DNA of 64,000 bases from Blepharisma stoltei ATCC 30299 (GCA_965603825.1 CBFDEM010000021.1:868001-932000); one strand, 5' to 3'. Positions 53,401 to 64,000 are shown, counted from the first letter of the stretch. The notes: generated by a model from the sequence alone, not told the origin. Numbers and translations: made by a program.

Positions 53401-53839
53401 CCACTCCTTGTGTTCAGTTAAAGTAGCCCAGCAGTGAAAAAAGCGCACCCTGTTGCTCATTCAGTGAAGATGAAATTGAATAAGATTGCTGAATTGAATA
53501 TTTAGAAAATAATTGATATGACAAGTGAATTAAGCGGTTATCAAGGCAAAGTTGGGAAATTGCATATTGATTTCCATAATCAGTTGATAAATCAAGGAGA
53601 ATGACAGCATTTGGGAATTCTTCTAAACAGTCCTTAACCTCAGAGTAATAGCATGTGTGCCAATCTACGTCAGTGCTAGCTTTATTTGACAGAGAGAATT
53701 CTGATAAACTATTATTTTTTTCAGGAGTATCACCTCTATTATCAGGGTAAACAATTATCACTTCCAGACTGCTTGATAAAATAAATAAGCTCCAAAAAAA
53801 AAGGGACTTGCTCTGATGATAAAAGTTAATTTCGATCAT
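50444..53839 (-). CDS. Receptor R6 (most divergent): double Venus-flytrap + ~9-TM, 1131 aa
   Basis: Six ORF-track pieces in phase, separated by TGA; same motifs. Confidence 0.9.
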
Positions 53840-54123
53840 AATTTTTTTTTAATTTTAAAGATATAGTGCTTTTTTAAACAAAAATTAAGCTCAGCTTTTA
53901 ATAATAGATTGAAGATTCTTGAAGCAGAGAAAATAATATTTAAAAAAATAGCCTTATCTTTATAACAAAAAAAAATGACAAAATTTTATTTGGGAGGACT
54001 TTTAGATTTATCAACAATGCAATATGATAAATAATGGAAGTCATAACTTAGAGCTGTCCAAATATCAAATTTAATTAATTTTTACTATGCTTGCTCAAAT
54101 GATTTAATCCTATATCTATTAGT

Positions 54124-54687
54124 TTATTCAGGAAACACAAGCCACATTGCTTCCTTTTCTCTTTTCTTTATGTACTCATTAAACTCCTCCTTAATCTTTT
54201 CGAAATCCTCTCCAAAATACGTCCTCTTCAGCGCTATCTCAGTCTTGGTATCTTTGACTCCATCAATTTTTTTCTTATGCCTGCGCTCATAGGTTAAATT
54301 GTTTCTCTTTGGCTTTGGTATGACGGCTCCGCTCTTTTTGGAGACCCTGACCCTTGTCCCATCTTCCAAATATCCAATTTTCACACGAGTCGGCTTCTTT
54401 GTTTCTGGATCTGAAAGAAGCATATTGGACACATGAATCGGGGATTCTTTTTCATAAGTTGTCGTTGACTCTGAGCTCATAACGCCCGCCCGCTTGTGTC
54501 TGATCCTCAAATTAACCCCATGCACTATCACTTGGTTTCTCTTTTTCAAGACACACACAACGCGTCCATGCTTGCCCTTCTCGTGGCCTGAAATAATGTG
54601 AACGTGGTCGCCTCTGGTGATATTCCACTTCTTGAACGGAACCTGCTTCGGCTTGAAAGAGAAGGCTCGGAATAAAGCTGTAAGCAT
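54124..54687 (-). CDS. MRPL24: Mitochondrial ribosomal protein uL24m
   Basis: W.I..GD.V.II.G.EKGK.G.V (KOW), V.GVN, ESPIHVSN..L.DP....PTRV....EDG.RVRVSK.SG..IP; N-terminus MLTALFRAFS resembles a mitochondrial transit peptide. Confidence 0.9.
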   Translation of the reverse strand: MLTALFRAFSFKPKQVPFKKWNITRGDHVHIISGHEKGKHGRVVCVLKKRNQVIVHGVNLRIRHKRAGVMSSESTTTYEKESPIHVSNMLLSDPETKKPTRVKIGYLEDGTRVRVSKKSGAVIPKPKRNNLTYERRHKKKIDGVKDTKTEIALKRTYFGEDFEKIKEEFNEYIKKREKEAMWLVFPE

Positions 54688-54698
54688 TTTATTAGGCA

Positions 54699-55769
54699 AT
54701 GGCACAAAATTCTATGGAAAACTCAGTGTTTTTAACGCTGCCAAGGCGAGCGTCCTGCCATCAAATGAATCCTCAGAAAAGCAGGCATTTTATGACTTTT
54801 TCACCCAATTTTGAAAATCGGCATCAGTCATTTAACGTGAAACCAAGTTCAAGAATCAGCTTAATTTTTGGGCTACCGTTTAGAAAATACAATGAACGGC
54901 TTATAAGGGACGAAGAATTCCAGACCTATGCTATTAATCAAGAACTGACACTTATTGAGTCAAAATCCAAAGAATTGAACCAAAAATTCAATAATGTAAA
55001 ATAAATTCAGGAAGAAATTGTAGAGCTATTTAAGAAACTTTCTTATGAAAGCCAAGTAACTTTAAACCGAAGCTTAGAGGAAACCTTAGGCCTTTTAAAA
55101 GAAATTTCAACTATGGTCTTGCATGGTAATTCTCGAGTAGAGCATGGAAATTCTCCTGAAGAAATCGGCCTGCCCAGCATTCCAAGCTTATTCTTCGAGC
55201 TCAAAGAAAACGACGAGCTCAAAGTTTTCAAGCAAAATAAAAAGCTGCATTACTATATGTTTAAAGCGCTAAAAGGCGCTATTGGTGCTTATAATATATT
55301 AAATAAACAAAAAGACCACAAGAAGTTCGACACCTCTGCATGCAATCTTTTATTTCAGTATCTCGCCAGGGTAAGGCTGCTACAAAACAAATTAATAGAA
55401 ATTATTAACATCCACAAAGAATCGCACACAGAAAAAATCACGTATACAAAAGAACCCCCAAAAAAGAAACTCCTAATCCAGCTGCAGAAAAAGAGGCCAT
55501 CCAGGATAAAACTGCCAAGCTCTTATTCGTCAATTCAGCTAATCCAAGAAAATGCATCGTCTCCTATAGAAGCAAATACGTCGTTTAATAACATTTCAAA
55601 TTTATTTTCAAACCCAAACCAAACAGGCAATATACCATTGCCGAAAAGCTTGTATACTGTTAATAAAAAGCGAGATGTGAGAAATGCTATAAGGCTGGGC
55701 AAAAAATTAGCTAGAGATCCTGCACTTGTATATAGGTTCCGCAGTATGGACTCTATTAGATTATGTTAA
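54699..55769 (+). CDS. Hypothetical protein (~350 aa), join(54699..54995,55011..55769)
   Basis: Removing the 15-nt intron 54996-55010 removes the only stop and joins the two ORFs in frame; start codon uncertain. Confidence 0.7.
54996..55010 (+). other. 15-nt spliceosomal intron containing an in-frame TAA
   Basis: GTAAAATAAATTCAG. Confidence 0.9.
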
Positions 55770-55799
55770 TAATTAAGATAACTAATAAATTTAGCTTAA

Positions 55800-57242
55800 C
55801 TATGCAGTTGAGCTCGCTTTAGCTGCAATCCACTGGCTGATTAAGATTTCTTCGTGGTTTCTTGCGTACATGAGGGTTTGAGGATCATTTGGGGAAGGAG
55901 TTCTCAGATCGACTGCAGTTGTGGCGTTTCTGATGTAGAAAACTGTCGTTTGAGGGTTAATTTCGTCTTGAATGCAGGAGTACTTGAATGGATCAAGCTG
56001 TCCATAAGAGAAAACGATATTTGAAGCGTACTGCAAGGTCTCATTTACGTTTGCTGACATCCCGTAGTTCACAGAAATCCAACTTGGCTTAGGGGTCACG
56101 CCGAACACGCTTTGGCACATTTGGATAAATTGGGCAGTGCTCCATGGCCTGACTGGGAACATGTCATTTCCTCCAAGAGGGTTGGAGGCAGTTTTTATAG
56201 GGCCGTATTGTCCCATAGGCATCATAAGCTCAGTGCATTGTTGGTACATCCATGGTTGTCCTTCTTCAAAGACGTTGTAAATATCAAAACAGGTAGCTCT
56301 TCCAGTGTAATTTAAATACAAATTAGCGACTTCATACATCCCTTGAAGTGTTGACCACTGATTAACTGGAGCCATGTTGTATTTTTGAAGCAGCTGGCAA
56401 GCCACGTTGACAGGCCATGGTGGGAGAGGGCCATAGACATTGGAAACATAAGGGAAGTTGTATAAAGCAATTGACTTGATAATAGAAGTCAGCCAATCTT
56501 GAAGCTGGACAATGTCGCCCATGTCATTTAAGGACTGGCAAGTGTGGAAAGTGTCTTCCAGTGCAGTGTAAAGGGTAGGGCGGCTGATAAGGTTGCTCAA
56601 AATGTTGAAACCATCAGTGATCCAGATGTGGCAGAGCTGATTTACGTTGCTCATTGAGTAATCATAACTCACAACTCTGGAGAAGCCAGTCCCTTGTGTA
56701 TCAAGTTGGGCAAGCAGAGGTGCTGAGCTTGCAATGGCTCCATCAATTATATGAGGGTACTTAATTCTCATGAAAGCAGCCAACATCCCACTGTAGACGC
56801 TGCCAAAGGCAATGACAGCTGTGGTGTTAGATGGGACGACTTGGTCTAAGATGTCAGCGAAGTCATAAAGGGCTTGGCTCGTCGTCAGGTATTGGTAGTC
56901 TTCTTCACTTGGAACTGAGTCGCCGTAGTATCTATGCTCAATGAATATCACAGTCGCGTTTAATTCAAGCTGCAAGTACTCAGTGATGAACCCAGCGCCT
57001 TGGAATTCGTATTCAATTGGATGATTCCCTCCTGTATAAACAAAAACTGGCCCTGAAGGGCTTCCGTTCATAATCAAAGCTTTGATGTTGATGAAACCTG
57101 AATCACGATTCATATGGTCAATCGGTTCTGTAAAATACTCAACTTGGTAGTTTGGATTAAGCAAAAAAGTCTCTGCATTGCCGACTCTGATGGAGTTCAC
57201 ACCTAAAAGAAGTCCTGCGATAAGGAAAAGCGGAAGAACCAT
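55800..57242 (-). CDS. Peptidase family S28 (PRCP/DPP7-like) homolog, secreted/lysosomal, probably catalytically inactive
   Basis: Signal peptide; P.DH, GPVFVYTG, EHRYYG.S, YLT..QAL.DFA, R.KYPH..DGAIASSAP, W.YQ.CTE, SNIVFS.G.LDP; nucleophile and His motifs altered. Confidence 0.9.
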   Translation of the reverse strand: MVLPLFLIAGLLLGVNSIRVGNAETFLLNPNYQVEYFTEPIDHMNRDSGFINIKALIMNGSPSGPVFVYTGGNHPIEYEFQGAGFITEYLQLELNATVIFIEHRYYGDSVPSEEDYQYLTTSQALYDFADILDQVVPSNTTAVIAFGSVYSGMLAAFMRIKYPHIIDGAIASSAPLLAQLDTQGTGFSRVVSYDYSMSNVNQLCHIWITDGFNILSNLISRPTLYTALEDTFHTCQSLNDMGDIVQLQDWLTSIIKSIALYNFPYVSNVYGPLPPWPVNVACQLLQKYNMAPVNQWSTLQGMYEVANLYLNYTGRATCFDIYNVFEEGQPWMYQQCTELMMPMGQYGPIKTASNPLGGNDMFPVRPWSTAQFIQMCQSVFGVTPKPSWISVNYGMSANVNETLQYASNIVFSYGQLDPFKYSCIQDEINPQTTVFYIRNATTAVDLRTPSPNDPQTLMYARNHEEILISQWIAAKASSTA

Positions 57243-57481
57243 TTTATTCCACACCTGAAATTAGTTGGCATGAAAAAGTGGTGAGGAGTTTTATGGAAAA
57301 TTTCACCAGAGACTGAATAAGAAAGAGACTAAATATAGCAAGCTGTGAAGAGAAATACACAAGGGATATTTTGTTTAAAGATTAATTGGGAATTATGACT
57401 ATTCATAATAAAGCAAGTTTATTATAAAAGTTTTGCATTTAAATTGTTTTCTAATTAATTTCACCGTGTTTATATAAAAAG

Positions 57482-58648
57482 ATGTGGATTCTTTTAGTCG
57501 TTTTGGCCTGTGATGCAGCACTTGTAAGTGTGGTAGAGACGTTTAGACATGGAGCCAGGTCTCCAGTGAAGCAATTTTCATGGGATAACGCTGTTTGGCC
57601 ACAAGGCTACGGAGAATTAACTCCTGAAGGAATGAGGCAGCATTACTTAAACGGGGTGGAATTTAGAAGAAGATATATAGAAACAGCTCAGCTCTTAGGC
57701 CCAAACTACAGTGTTGAAGATGTTTATGTCCGCTCAACTAACTTGAATAGAACTCTCATGAGTGCTGAAAGCCAGCTATTTGGTCTTTTCCCACAAGGCG
57801 CTGCTATAAAAAATCAATTTTTAGCTCAAAAAGCAGTCCCTCCTATTCAAGTTTCAGGATTAGCTAATGCCCAAGCGGAGCTTGGGCTAAATGCTGTAGC
57901 TAACAGATATCAAATGATTCCTATAAACACAGTAACTGAACCATATGATAACATGCTCAGCGGCTATCGTCTTGCAAATTGCCCAAGATTTGCAGAAATC
58001 CAAACAGAGCAGCAAGGCACCTCGACCTATGAAAGAAAAGTGACCCAATACAACGACGGCCTCCAGCAGCAGGTTTTAGAAGTTTTCAAGGTAAATGCTA
58101 CTTTTTCTGAGTGCGGGGTGTTCAGTGATACCTTGCACTCTATGAAATTCCATGGGTATGATTGGCCTGCTGGAGTTACTGAAGAAATGTACAATTCTAT
58201 GGAAGAAGTCCTCACTTATCAGTATTCCTATTATTGGACCTCAGAAGCAACAAGTCTTTCGTCTACTGAATTTATGGAGGCTATTTTCAGTCAGTTTGAT
58301 TCTACCATTAATGGGACAGCAGCTCCCAAAATGTCCTTATACTCTACCCACGATGTTACCTTGATTGGATTTTTGATATTTTTGGGGATTTGGGATAACA
58401 TCAACCCTCCTTATGCTTCATCTCTCATTTTTGAGCTATACGACAATAATGATGTATACCAAATACAAGTCTTATACAATGATGTCTTGCAGACAATTCC
58501 TGGCTGTGGAAATCCTTGTACATATCAAAGTTTCAAAAATCTAATTACCCCAAAGCTAACTCCTGACGTAAGAAAAGCTTGCCAGCTGCAAGGAAGTACG
58601 ACTGAGTTTGACCTCGATCCTTTATCAGTAATTTATCAATATACTTAA
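57482..58648 (+). CDS. Histidine acid phosphatase (lysosomal/prostatic acid phosphatase-like, branch 2)
   Basis: Signal peptide; RHGARSP, G.LT..G..Q...G...R.RY, RST...RT..SA, YSTHD. Confidence 0.92.
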   Translation: MWILLVVLACDAALVSVVETFRHGARSPVKQFSWDNAVWPQGYGELTPEGMRQHYLNGVEFRRRYIETAQLLGPNYSVEDVYVRSTNLNRTLMSAESQLFGLFPQGAAIKNQFLAQKAVPPIQVSGLANAQAELGLNAVANRYQMIPINTVTEPYDNMLSGYRLANCPRFAEIQTEQQGTSTYERKVTQYNDGLQQQVLEVFKVNATFSECGVFSDTLHSMKFHGYDWPAGVTEEMYNSMEEVLTYQYSYYWTSEATSLSSTEFMEAIFSQFDSTINGTAAPKMSLYSTHDVTLIGFLIFLGIWDNINPPYASSLIFELYDNNDVYQIQVLYNDVLQTIPGCGNPCTYQSFKNLITPKLTPDVRKACQLQGSTTEFDLDPLSVIYQYT

Positions 58649-58714
58649 TAATTTGCATTAATTTTCATTTACCGCCTTTAGAGATATTTTTGGCTGAATT
58701 TTTCAATTGTATAA

Positions 58715-59965
58715 ATGGAAAACTCAGATCATCATTCCTCACGCACGATTTTCGACCCAATTCATGGTCACGTCACATTTTCATCAAAGATCTGAACTTT
58801 TATAGACAACCCAGTCTTCCAGAGGTTGAGAAATGTAAAGCAGCTCGGCACATCCAATTATGTGTTCCCAGGGGCAACTCATAGCCGCTTTGAGCATTGT
58901 TTAGGCGTTGGATATTTATCAAGGAAGCTCTTAGCCACCATCAAAAAAAAGCAGCCAGAGCTCGAAATCTCAGAGAATGATCTCACAAATATAACCCTTG
59001 CTGGAATCATGCATGATCTCGGACATGGACCTTTTTCGCATGTTTTCGATGCAGAGGTCGTCCCAGCTCTTGGGATCCACAATTGGACACATGAAGAAGC
59101 TTCAGTCAGCTTGCTCAGGTATATGATTGATACTTATAACTTGGACATAGAGCAAGAAGATATAAGAAAAGTATCAAATTATATAACAGGGGCAGGATGC
59201 GGGTTTATGGACCAAATAGTAAACAATCGACTGAACTCGATTGATGTCGACAAATACGATTACATTAAAAGGGACTGCTACTGCTTAGGCTTCCGAGAGT
59301 TTCCTCTAGATATAGACAGACTTATGAAAAACTCCAAAGTTATTGACGACACTATTTGCTATCATGAAAAAGTGGTCCATAGCGTCTACAGTCTGTTTCA
59401 GAACAGGTTTTCACTGTTCCAGCAGTGCTACTCACATAGAGTGGAGCAGTCTATCGGATTAATGTTTACTGATGCCATTGTAGCTGCCGAGTCTGTGCTG
59501 AACATCAAAGAAAGAATAGCTGATCCTGCACTTTATTATCAGGTGACTGATAATATCATCAACGAAATTATGATAACCAAAGATAGCCAGCTTGATTCTG
59601 CAAAAGAGATTATCAATAGGATCCAGAGGAGAAATCTATATAAGCTTGCAGGAGAATTGATTTATCCAGCAGATGTGTCAATTCAGAATATAACTCGAGA
59701 AAACATTGTAAGCTATAATCCGACTTCTGAGCCTTTGTCTGTGGACGATATCATAGTAAAGCCGTTTACGTTGACATATGGGAATCCTGCTGACAGGGTG
59801 TGGTTTTATAAAGGAGACTCAAAATTCTTGATTCCTCGAGAAAAAGTTAGCACGTTAATTCCTGGGAATTATTGTGATAAATATGTGAGGGTTTTCGTAA
59901 GAAACCCTGAGAAGCAAGAAGTCGCGAAAAAAGCGTTTGAAGCCTTCTGCCAAAAAGAGAGATAA
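58715..59965 (+). CDS. SAMHD1: SAMHD1-like HD-domain dNTP triphosphohydrolase (no SAM domain), 416 aa
   Basis: N-terminus extended through TGA=Trp: FDPIHG..., IDNPVFQRLR.VKQLG...VFPGATHSRFEHCLGV, HDLGHGPFSH.F, HE..S, IDVDK.DY..RD. Confidence 0.9.
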
Positions 59966-60819
59966 ATGATTAATAATATTCTATAAGTAAGTATTTTAAA
60001 AGGAATTTGATAGAAGCTAACTTCTATAAAAAACTTATGAATTTTGATTTGTTCAATAATAACTGAATTATCATTTAAGAATGTTTAATAATTCCTGAGA
60101 AAAAATTTGCAGAGTCAAAATCAAATAATTGCTTTATATTTTGCCAACAATATATAACTGAATCAGTCTCAATTTGGTGCTAAAATTGCTTCTCTTGTAT
60201 TTAATAAATTAGGGCATAAACAAACAATCTATAACTTCTCCTATTATTGAGTCAAATATTAAATAAACTTCCTTATATTAAATTTTGGGAGAATCATGGG
60301 CTTTAGATCATGATCATATTATAGTACAATTGAAAAGTTTTGATTTTTCAAAAATGGAAGCTTTGCTAGTTCCTAAATGAATGATCATAGATTAATTATA
60401 TTTTTCTATAACTTAATTTGAGTTAATAATTTTTTATAATGAAAGCATAATTAATTAGCTTATAAAGATAGAATAACTTCTTTCATTGAATTTAGCAATA
60501 TGAATAATGCATATATTTTTCAGTTCACTCCCTATAAGACTCAAAATAATTTTAACATCATAATTCCTAATAAAAATTGTAGAGTTTATAATTATCTAGT
60601 AAAAGACAAATAATCTATAATTTTTGCTACTGAGCTTTAAATTGCTTTATTCTAATTGTTTATTAGAATAATTTATAAAATGCTACATAAGCAAATTATG
60701 AAGAATTACTAGCAGTCTTCAGACATGACTCGCAACGCCATACTGATAACACCATTGAAAACCATTTATTTTGGAAAATGGAAACTTTGTAGTTTCATGA
60801 ATAAATAATTATATCTAAG

Positions 60820-61128
60820 TTAGTAAATAGCACAAGCACACGAGCACTTTCCTCTTGGGATGATTTTTGAGTTAATTAATTTGTCTAAATCTGTTTCTGG
60901 TCTTTGAGAAATATCTGAACAAAATGATTCCATTACACTGGTGTCCAGTCCACTATCAAACTTCTTTATTGGTAAGCCTAGCGAATCACTCATAGCTGAT
61001 CTGAAAAAATCTGGAAATTTTCCGTCTTTGTGCAATAAAGCTCCATTCAAAGTATTTGACCGTGAAGGAGGATTGCTGATTTCTCTTGCTTCAGATATTT
61101 CGGAGATTACGCTGAGTCTTGCATTCAT
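60820..61128 (-). CDS. Small Ser-rich protein with a C-terminal CxCxC-aaX motif (102 aa)
   Basis: ATG to TAA; end-to-end similarity with 62614-62928 supports coding. Confidence 0.75.
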   Translation of the reverse strand: MNARLSVISEISEAREISNPPSRSNTLNGALLHKDGKFPDFFRSAMSDSLGLPIKKFDSGLDTSVMESFCSDISQRPETDLDKLINSKIIPRGKCSCACAIY

Positions 61129-61566
61129 GATTAGCGATAAATTTATAGTTTATATTAACATAGAGATGGAGAAATAATAGCCATGCTCAAATAATGCGAG
61201 GCCTACATATAAATATGATATACAATTAGAGGAATTATTAAAATAGCAAACTTCTTCACATTATATATGACATTCTAGAATATTCATGCTAATTAATGAA
61301 ATACAAATGCTTACTTTGTGATTAATTAGAAAGACAAGAAAATTTAAATTATCAGATTAATTATATATGGCTTTCGAATTTCCTCAGAAAATACTTAATT
61401 GAAGAAGGATGCCTTCCAGCTGCTTCTGAAAGCAGATCTTGGACATATTTTGTCTGCTAGCTTTAATTAATTTGTGTTTTCATAATTAATTGCTAGAATT
61501 TGTGTATTGCAAGCCTAATAAACAGTTTTTTAAACGTCAAGAATCGATTCCAGTTTATGAGAGGAC

Positions 61567-61884
61567 TTAGATTATTTTAGTTAAGTGATATTGAGTAGTT
61601 CTTGGCACGCTAGAAAAGTGATTTAAATGCTTTTCTTCATCTTCAGTCAGCCAGCATCCGAAAGCAGAATCCAATTCGTGGATAAATCGCCAGTCGAGCT
61701 GTAGAGCTTCCCTAATTACCACATGCCTAAAGCAAAGCGGCCCGGTTGTTCTCATGTCGCGTTTGACATAAACTGCAAACCTCAAAAGTTTGAAAAAAAA
61801 ATTCTTGCCAACTTCGGGATAATGGGATTTCGAAGGTCAGGCTGCTGCACCCAGTATGACGCTTGGAAAGTGCATGAACGACAT
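61567..61884 (-). CDS. Possible hypothetical protein (105 aa with one TGA=Trp)
   Basis: Open frame in a GC-richer island; no motif recognised. Confidence 0.25.
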
Positions 61885-62613
61885 AATGAAATTCTAGTTT
61901 TTACTAGGCACTCACAATTTCAAGTCTCATAATCTCATGAGAAAAAAATCCAGCCTTGGAAATGAACCGTTATGCTCTTAACGCTGGCAGGTTGCTTAGC
62001 ATGGCTTTCATTTTCCAATGAAGAAAATAAGAGATTATCAAAAGGAATTTTTTTCACATATTAACTAATGATTTTATAGATTATAGAAGAGTTTAAGCTT
62101 TATAAAGAATTAATTTCAATTTATGATAAAAGTACCCTATGACTCAAGCTGCTCAAATGTTCTATTTTTCCACTTTTGCATATTTTTCTCAAAAATGAAA
62201 AATATTAAATTGTATTTATCAGCTTTCAGATATATCTTCCATTAATGCCTTTTATCAAAAATCCAGTTTCATTTTAAGAATTTATTGTAAAATAGATCAA
62301 TATAAAAGCCAGAAAATGAAAATTTTTCTAAATCCCTAATTTCTCGTCCAAGCAAATTCTATATTTTCAGCCGTTTCTTATCTGATAATTTTTTAGGTTA
62401 ATCAATTTCTATGTAACAGCAATTTCAAATTTTCAAATATTTTTATTGCCAGTTTAGAAAGTCTTATTCTTTGCTTTTATATCTAAGAGTTTTATATAAA
62501 GATATCTTTTCAAGTTAATATTCACCCCTGCATTAATAAAATTTATATAAACTAAAAAAATCTTACATATTAAGTGTGTATTTTTGGATGCATTCGATTA
62601 ATAATTACAAAGA

Positions 62614-62928
62614 ATGAATCGAACTTTGAGTGTGATTCTTGAACAAACAGAAGAAAGAGAGATAAGTGAGCCCCAATCTCCTTCAAACACTCTAAAAAGC
62701 GACTGTAAACAAAGCGATCGATCTTCTTTAACTGATGTGACGTCCAAGCGTGCTTCTTTGGCGTTCTCAGTTAGAAAAGTTGATAGTAACATAGACACAT
62801 CCCTTCTGGACTCATATATTTATGATAAGTCTCCAAGAAATCAGCGGCCAGATACTGATTTAGACAAATTAATTAAATCAAAAATTGTGTCTGGTGATAA
62901 ATGCTCTTGTACATGCAGTATATTTTAA
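62614..62928 (+). CDS. Small Ser-rich protein with a C-terminal CxCxC-aaX motif (104 aa)
   Basis: Paralog of 60820-61128: LSVI.E..E.REIS.P.S.SNTL, DTS, RP.TDLDKLI.SKI, KCSC.C.I. Confidence 0.75.
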   Translation: MNRTLSVILEQTEEREISEPQSPSNTLKSDCKQSDRSSLTDVTSKRASLAFSVRKVDSNIDTSLLDSYIYDKSPRNQRPDTDLDKLIKSKIVSGDKCSCTCSIF

Positions 62929-64000
62929 TTTATGATTATGAGATTTTAATTTACTTTATTGAAATATCTCCACCTAAAGTTCAAATATTCCAAGACCCAT
63001 TTTTCACTTAAGACTCTAATTAAATTTTTACAAATTTAGTTATATCTCCTTTGAGATCCTGCCTAAACAAATAGTTGCGAGAAATGCTCGATAGATACAG
63101 AAAGATCAGCAGTGCATATAAAAGATTTTCATATAATGCATGGAATTTCTTCTTATTATTAATTCAAAGAGCATAATTATTAAGCATTCTCTTAAACACT
63201 GCCTTCTCCCTCACAGTTTCTTCTAGCGATTTTCAAAAATTAGCTTGAAGTGCAAGGCCATCAGTGCAAATTTGCCTTGTTTTTTTGAAATCTGATTAAA
63301 ACTGGAATCGCAGCAGTAGCATATAAAGAAAATCTTAAGCCCTGCACATCGCGAACAGTCTTAAAGCATTTAGAGCTTTAACAAACATTTTGGTATTCTG
63401 TGTATCAAGAAAGCTACTCTATCTGCAGATTAACCTCTTTTAATCAGACAGCATAGAGATGATATTGAAAGTCCAGAACTCATTTATTTTAAGCTGTCAA
63501 TATAATAATTTTAACTTTTTCCAATTTTTGATGACCCTGATAAATCAGTCTTTAAGCAGAGGATCAGATTTAGCCATTCCAGGTAGATTTATTTCCATTT
63601 AGAATATTTTAGAAAATATTTAAATGCTTTATTTCAAATACTCAGTAATACTAAAAGAGCTTTTTTTAAATTTCAGCTATCATTATTCTTTCAACTTAAT
63701 CACCAATAAAAATTTTGGCGAAAATTATTCAAACTATATTTGCAGGAAAGCATGGATGGAGGAAGTATTCATAATCAAGGATAATGATTAGGTAGCTACT
63801 GGCTTTCATTCAATAGCTATTTAAATAAGATTTAATTAATAGCAGTGAGGATAATTATTAATTTAAAACCTTTGATTATTAGCCAGGATCATTATCCTCT
63901 GACAAAATTTCCTATTCCTAGGGTTTCTCCAATTTCCCTCACATTGAGCTAAAATTTCAGGTCCAAAATTAATCGCTTTTTTACCATATATCTAAATTGT

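Noticed and set aside
35100-53839. Receptor genes as stop-riddled pseudogenes
   Set aside because: Every interruption is an in-phase TGA, mostly at positions where paralogs have TGG; no frameshifts or internal TAA/TAG found
55126-55140. Possible 15-nt intron GTAATTCTCGAGTAG
   Set aside because: Lacks the position-10 A, is not needed for the frame and overlaps a short local duplication (CATGGwAATTCTC); cannot be supported without RNA-seq
58715-59965. SAMHD1-like gene as a local defence against the LINE
   Set aside because: It lies 30 kb away among housekeeping genes; proximity carries no functional evidence in a eukaryote
63020-63600. Slightly GC-richer stretch with short minus-strand frames
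   Set aside because: Every frame examined hits TAA/TAG quickly and no intron or motif rescues it; at most an unidentifiable relic

Overview
AT-rich eukaryotic DNA with the signature of a Blepharisma-type heterotrich ciliate. TGA encodes Trp, only TAA/TAG end genes, and introns are 15 nt (GTAA.....A..YAG), so the supplied ORF track splits real genes at every TGA. The window has three zones. (1) About 1-35 kb is a rearranged, mostly pseudogenic patchwork of two co-amplified families: a secreted LamG/ConA-like plus furin-like Cys-rich protein (six large copies, all disrupted) and a receptor family (one intact copy plus relics). It also holds a full-length 5.2-kb single-ORF non-LTR retrotransposon with an 18-bp TSD and an (ATTG)7 tail, relics of a related LINE family, a micro-inversion, and a 469-bp TA-bounded IES-like insertion inside a 15-nt intron. 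The same TA is a breakpoint in two other paralogs. (2) About 35-54 kb is a tight array of five intact, apparently intronless ~1,140-aa receptors with two tandem Venus-flytrap (ANF-receptor-type) domains and a ~9-TM membrane domain. (3) About 54-63 kb is a compact gene block: mitochondrial uL24, an unknown gene with a stop-containing 15-nt intron, an S28 peptidase homolog lacking catalytic residues, a histidine acid phosphatase, a SAMHD1-like dNTPase and two small CaaX-ending paralogs. No rRNA, tRNA, CRISPR array or telomeric repeat was recognised. Domain calls come from motif recognition by eye, not database searches.
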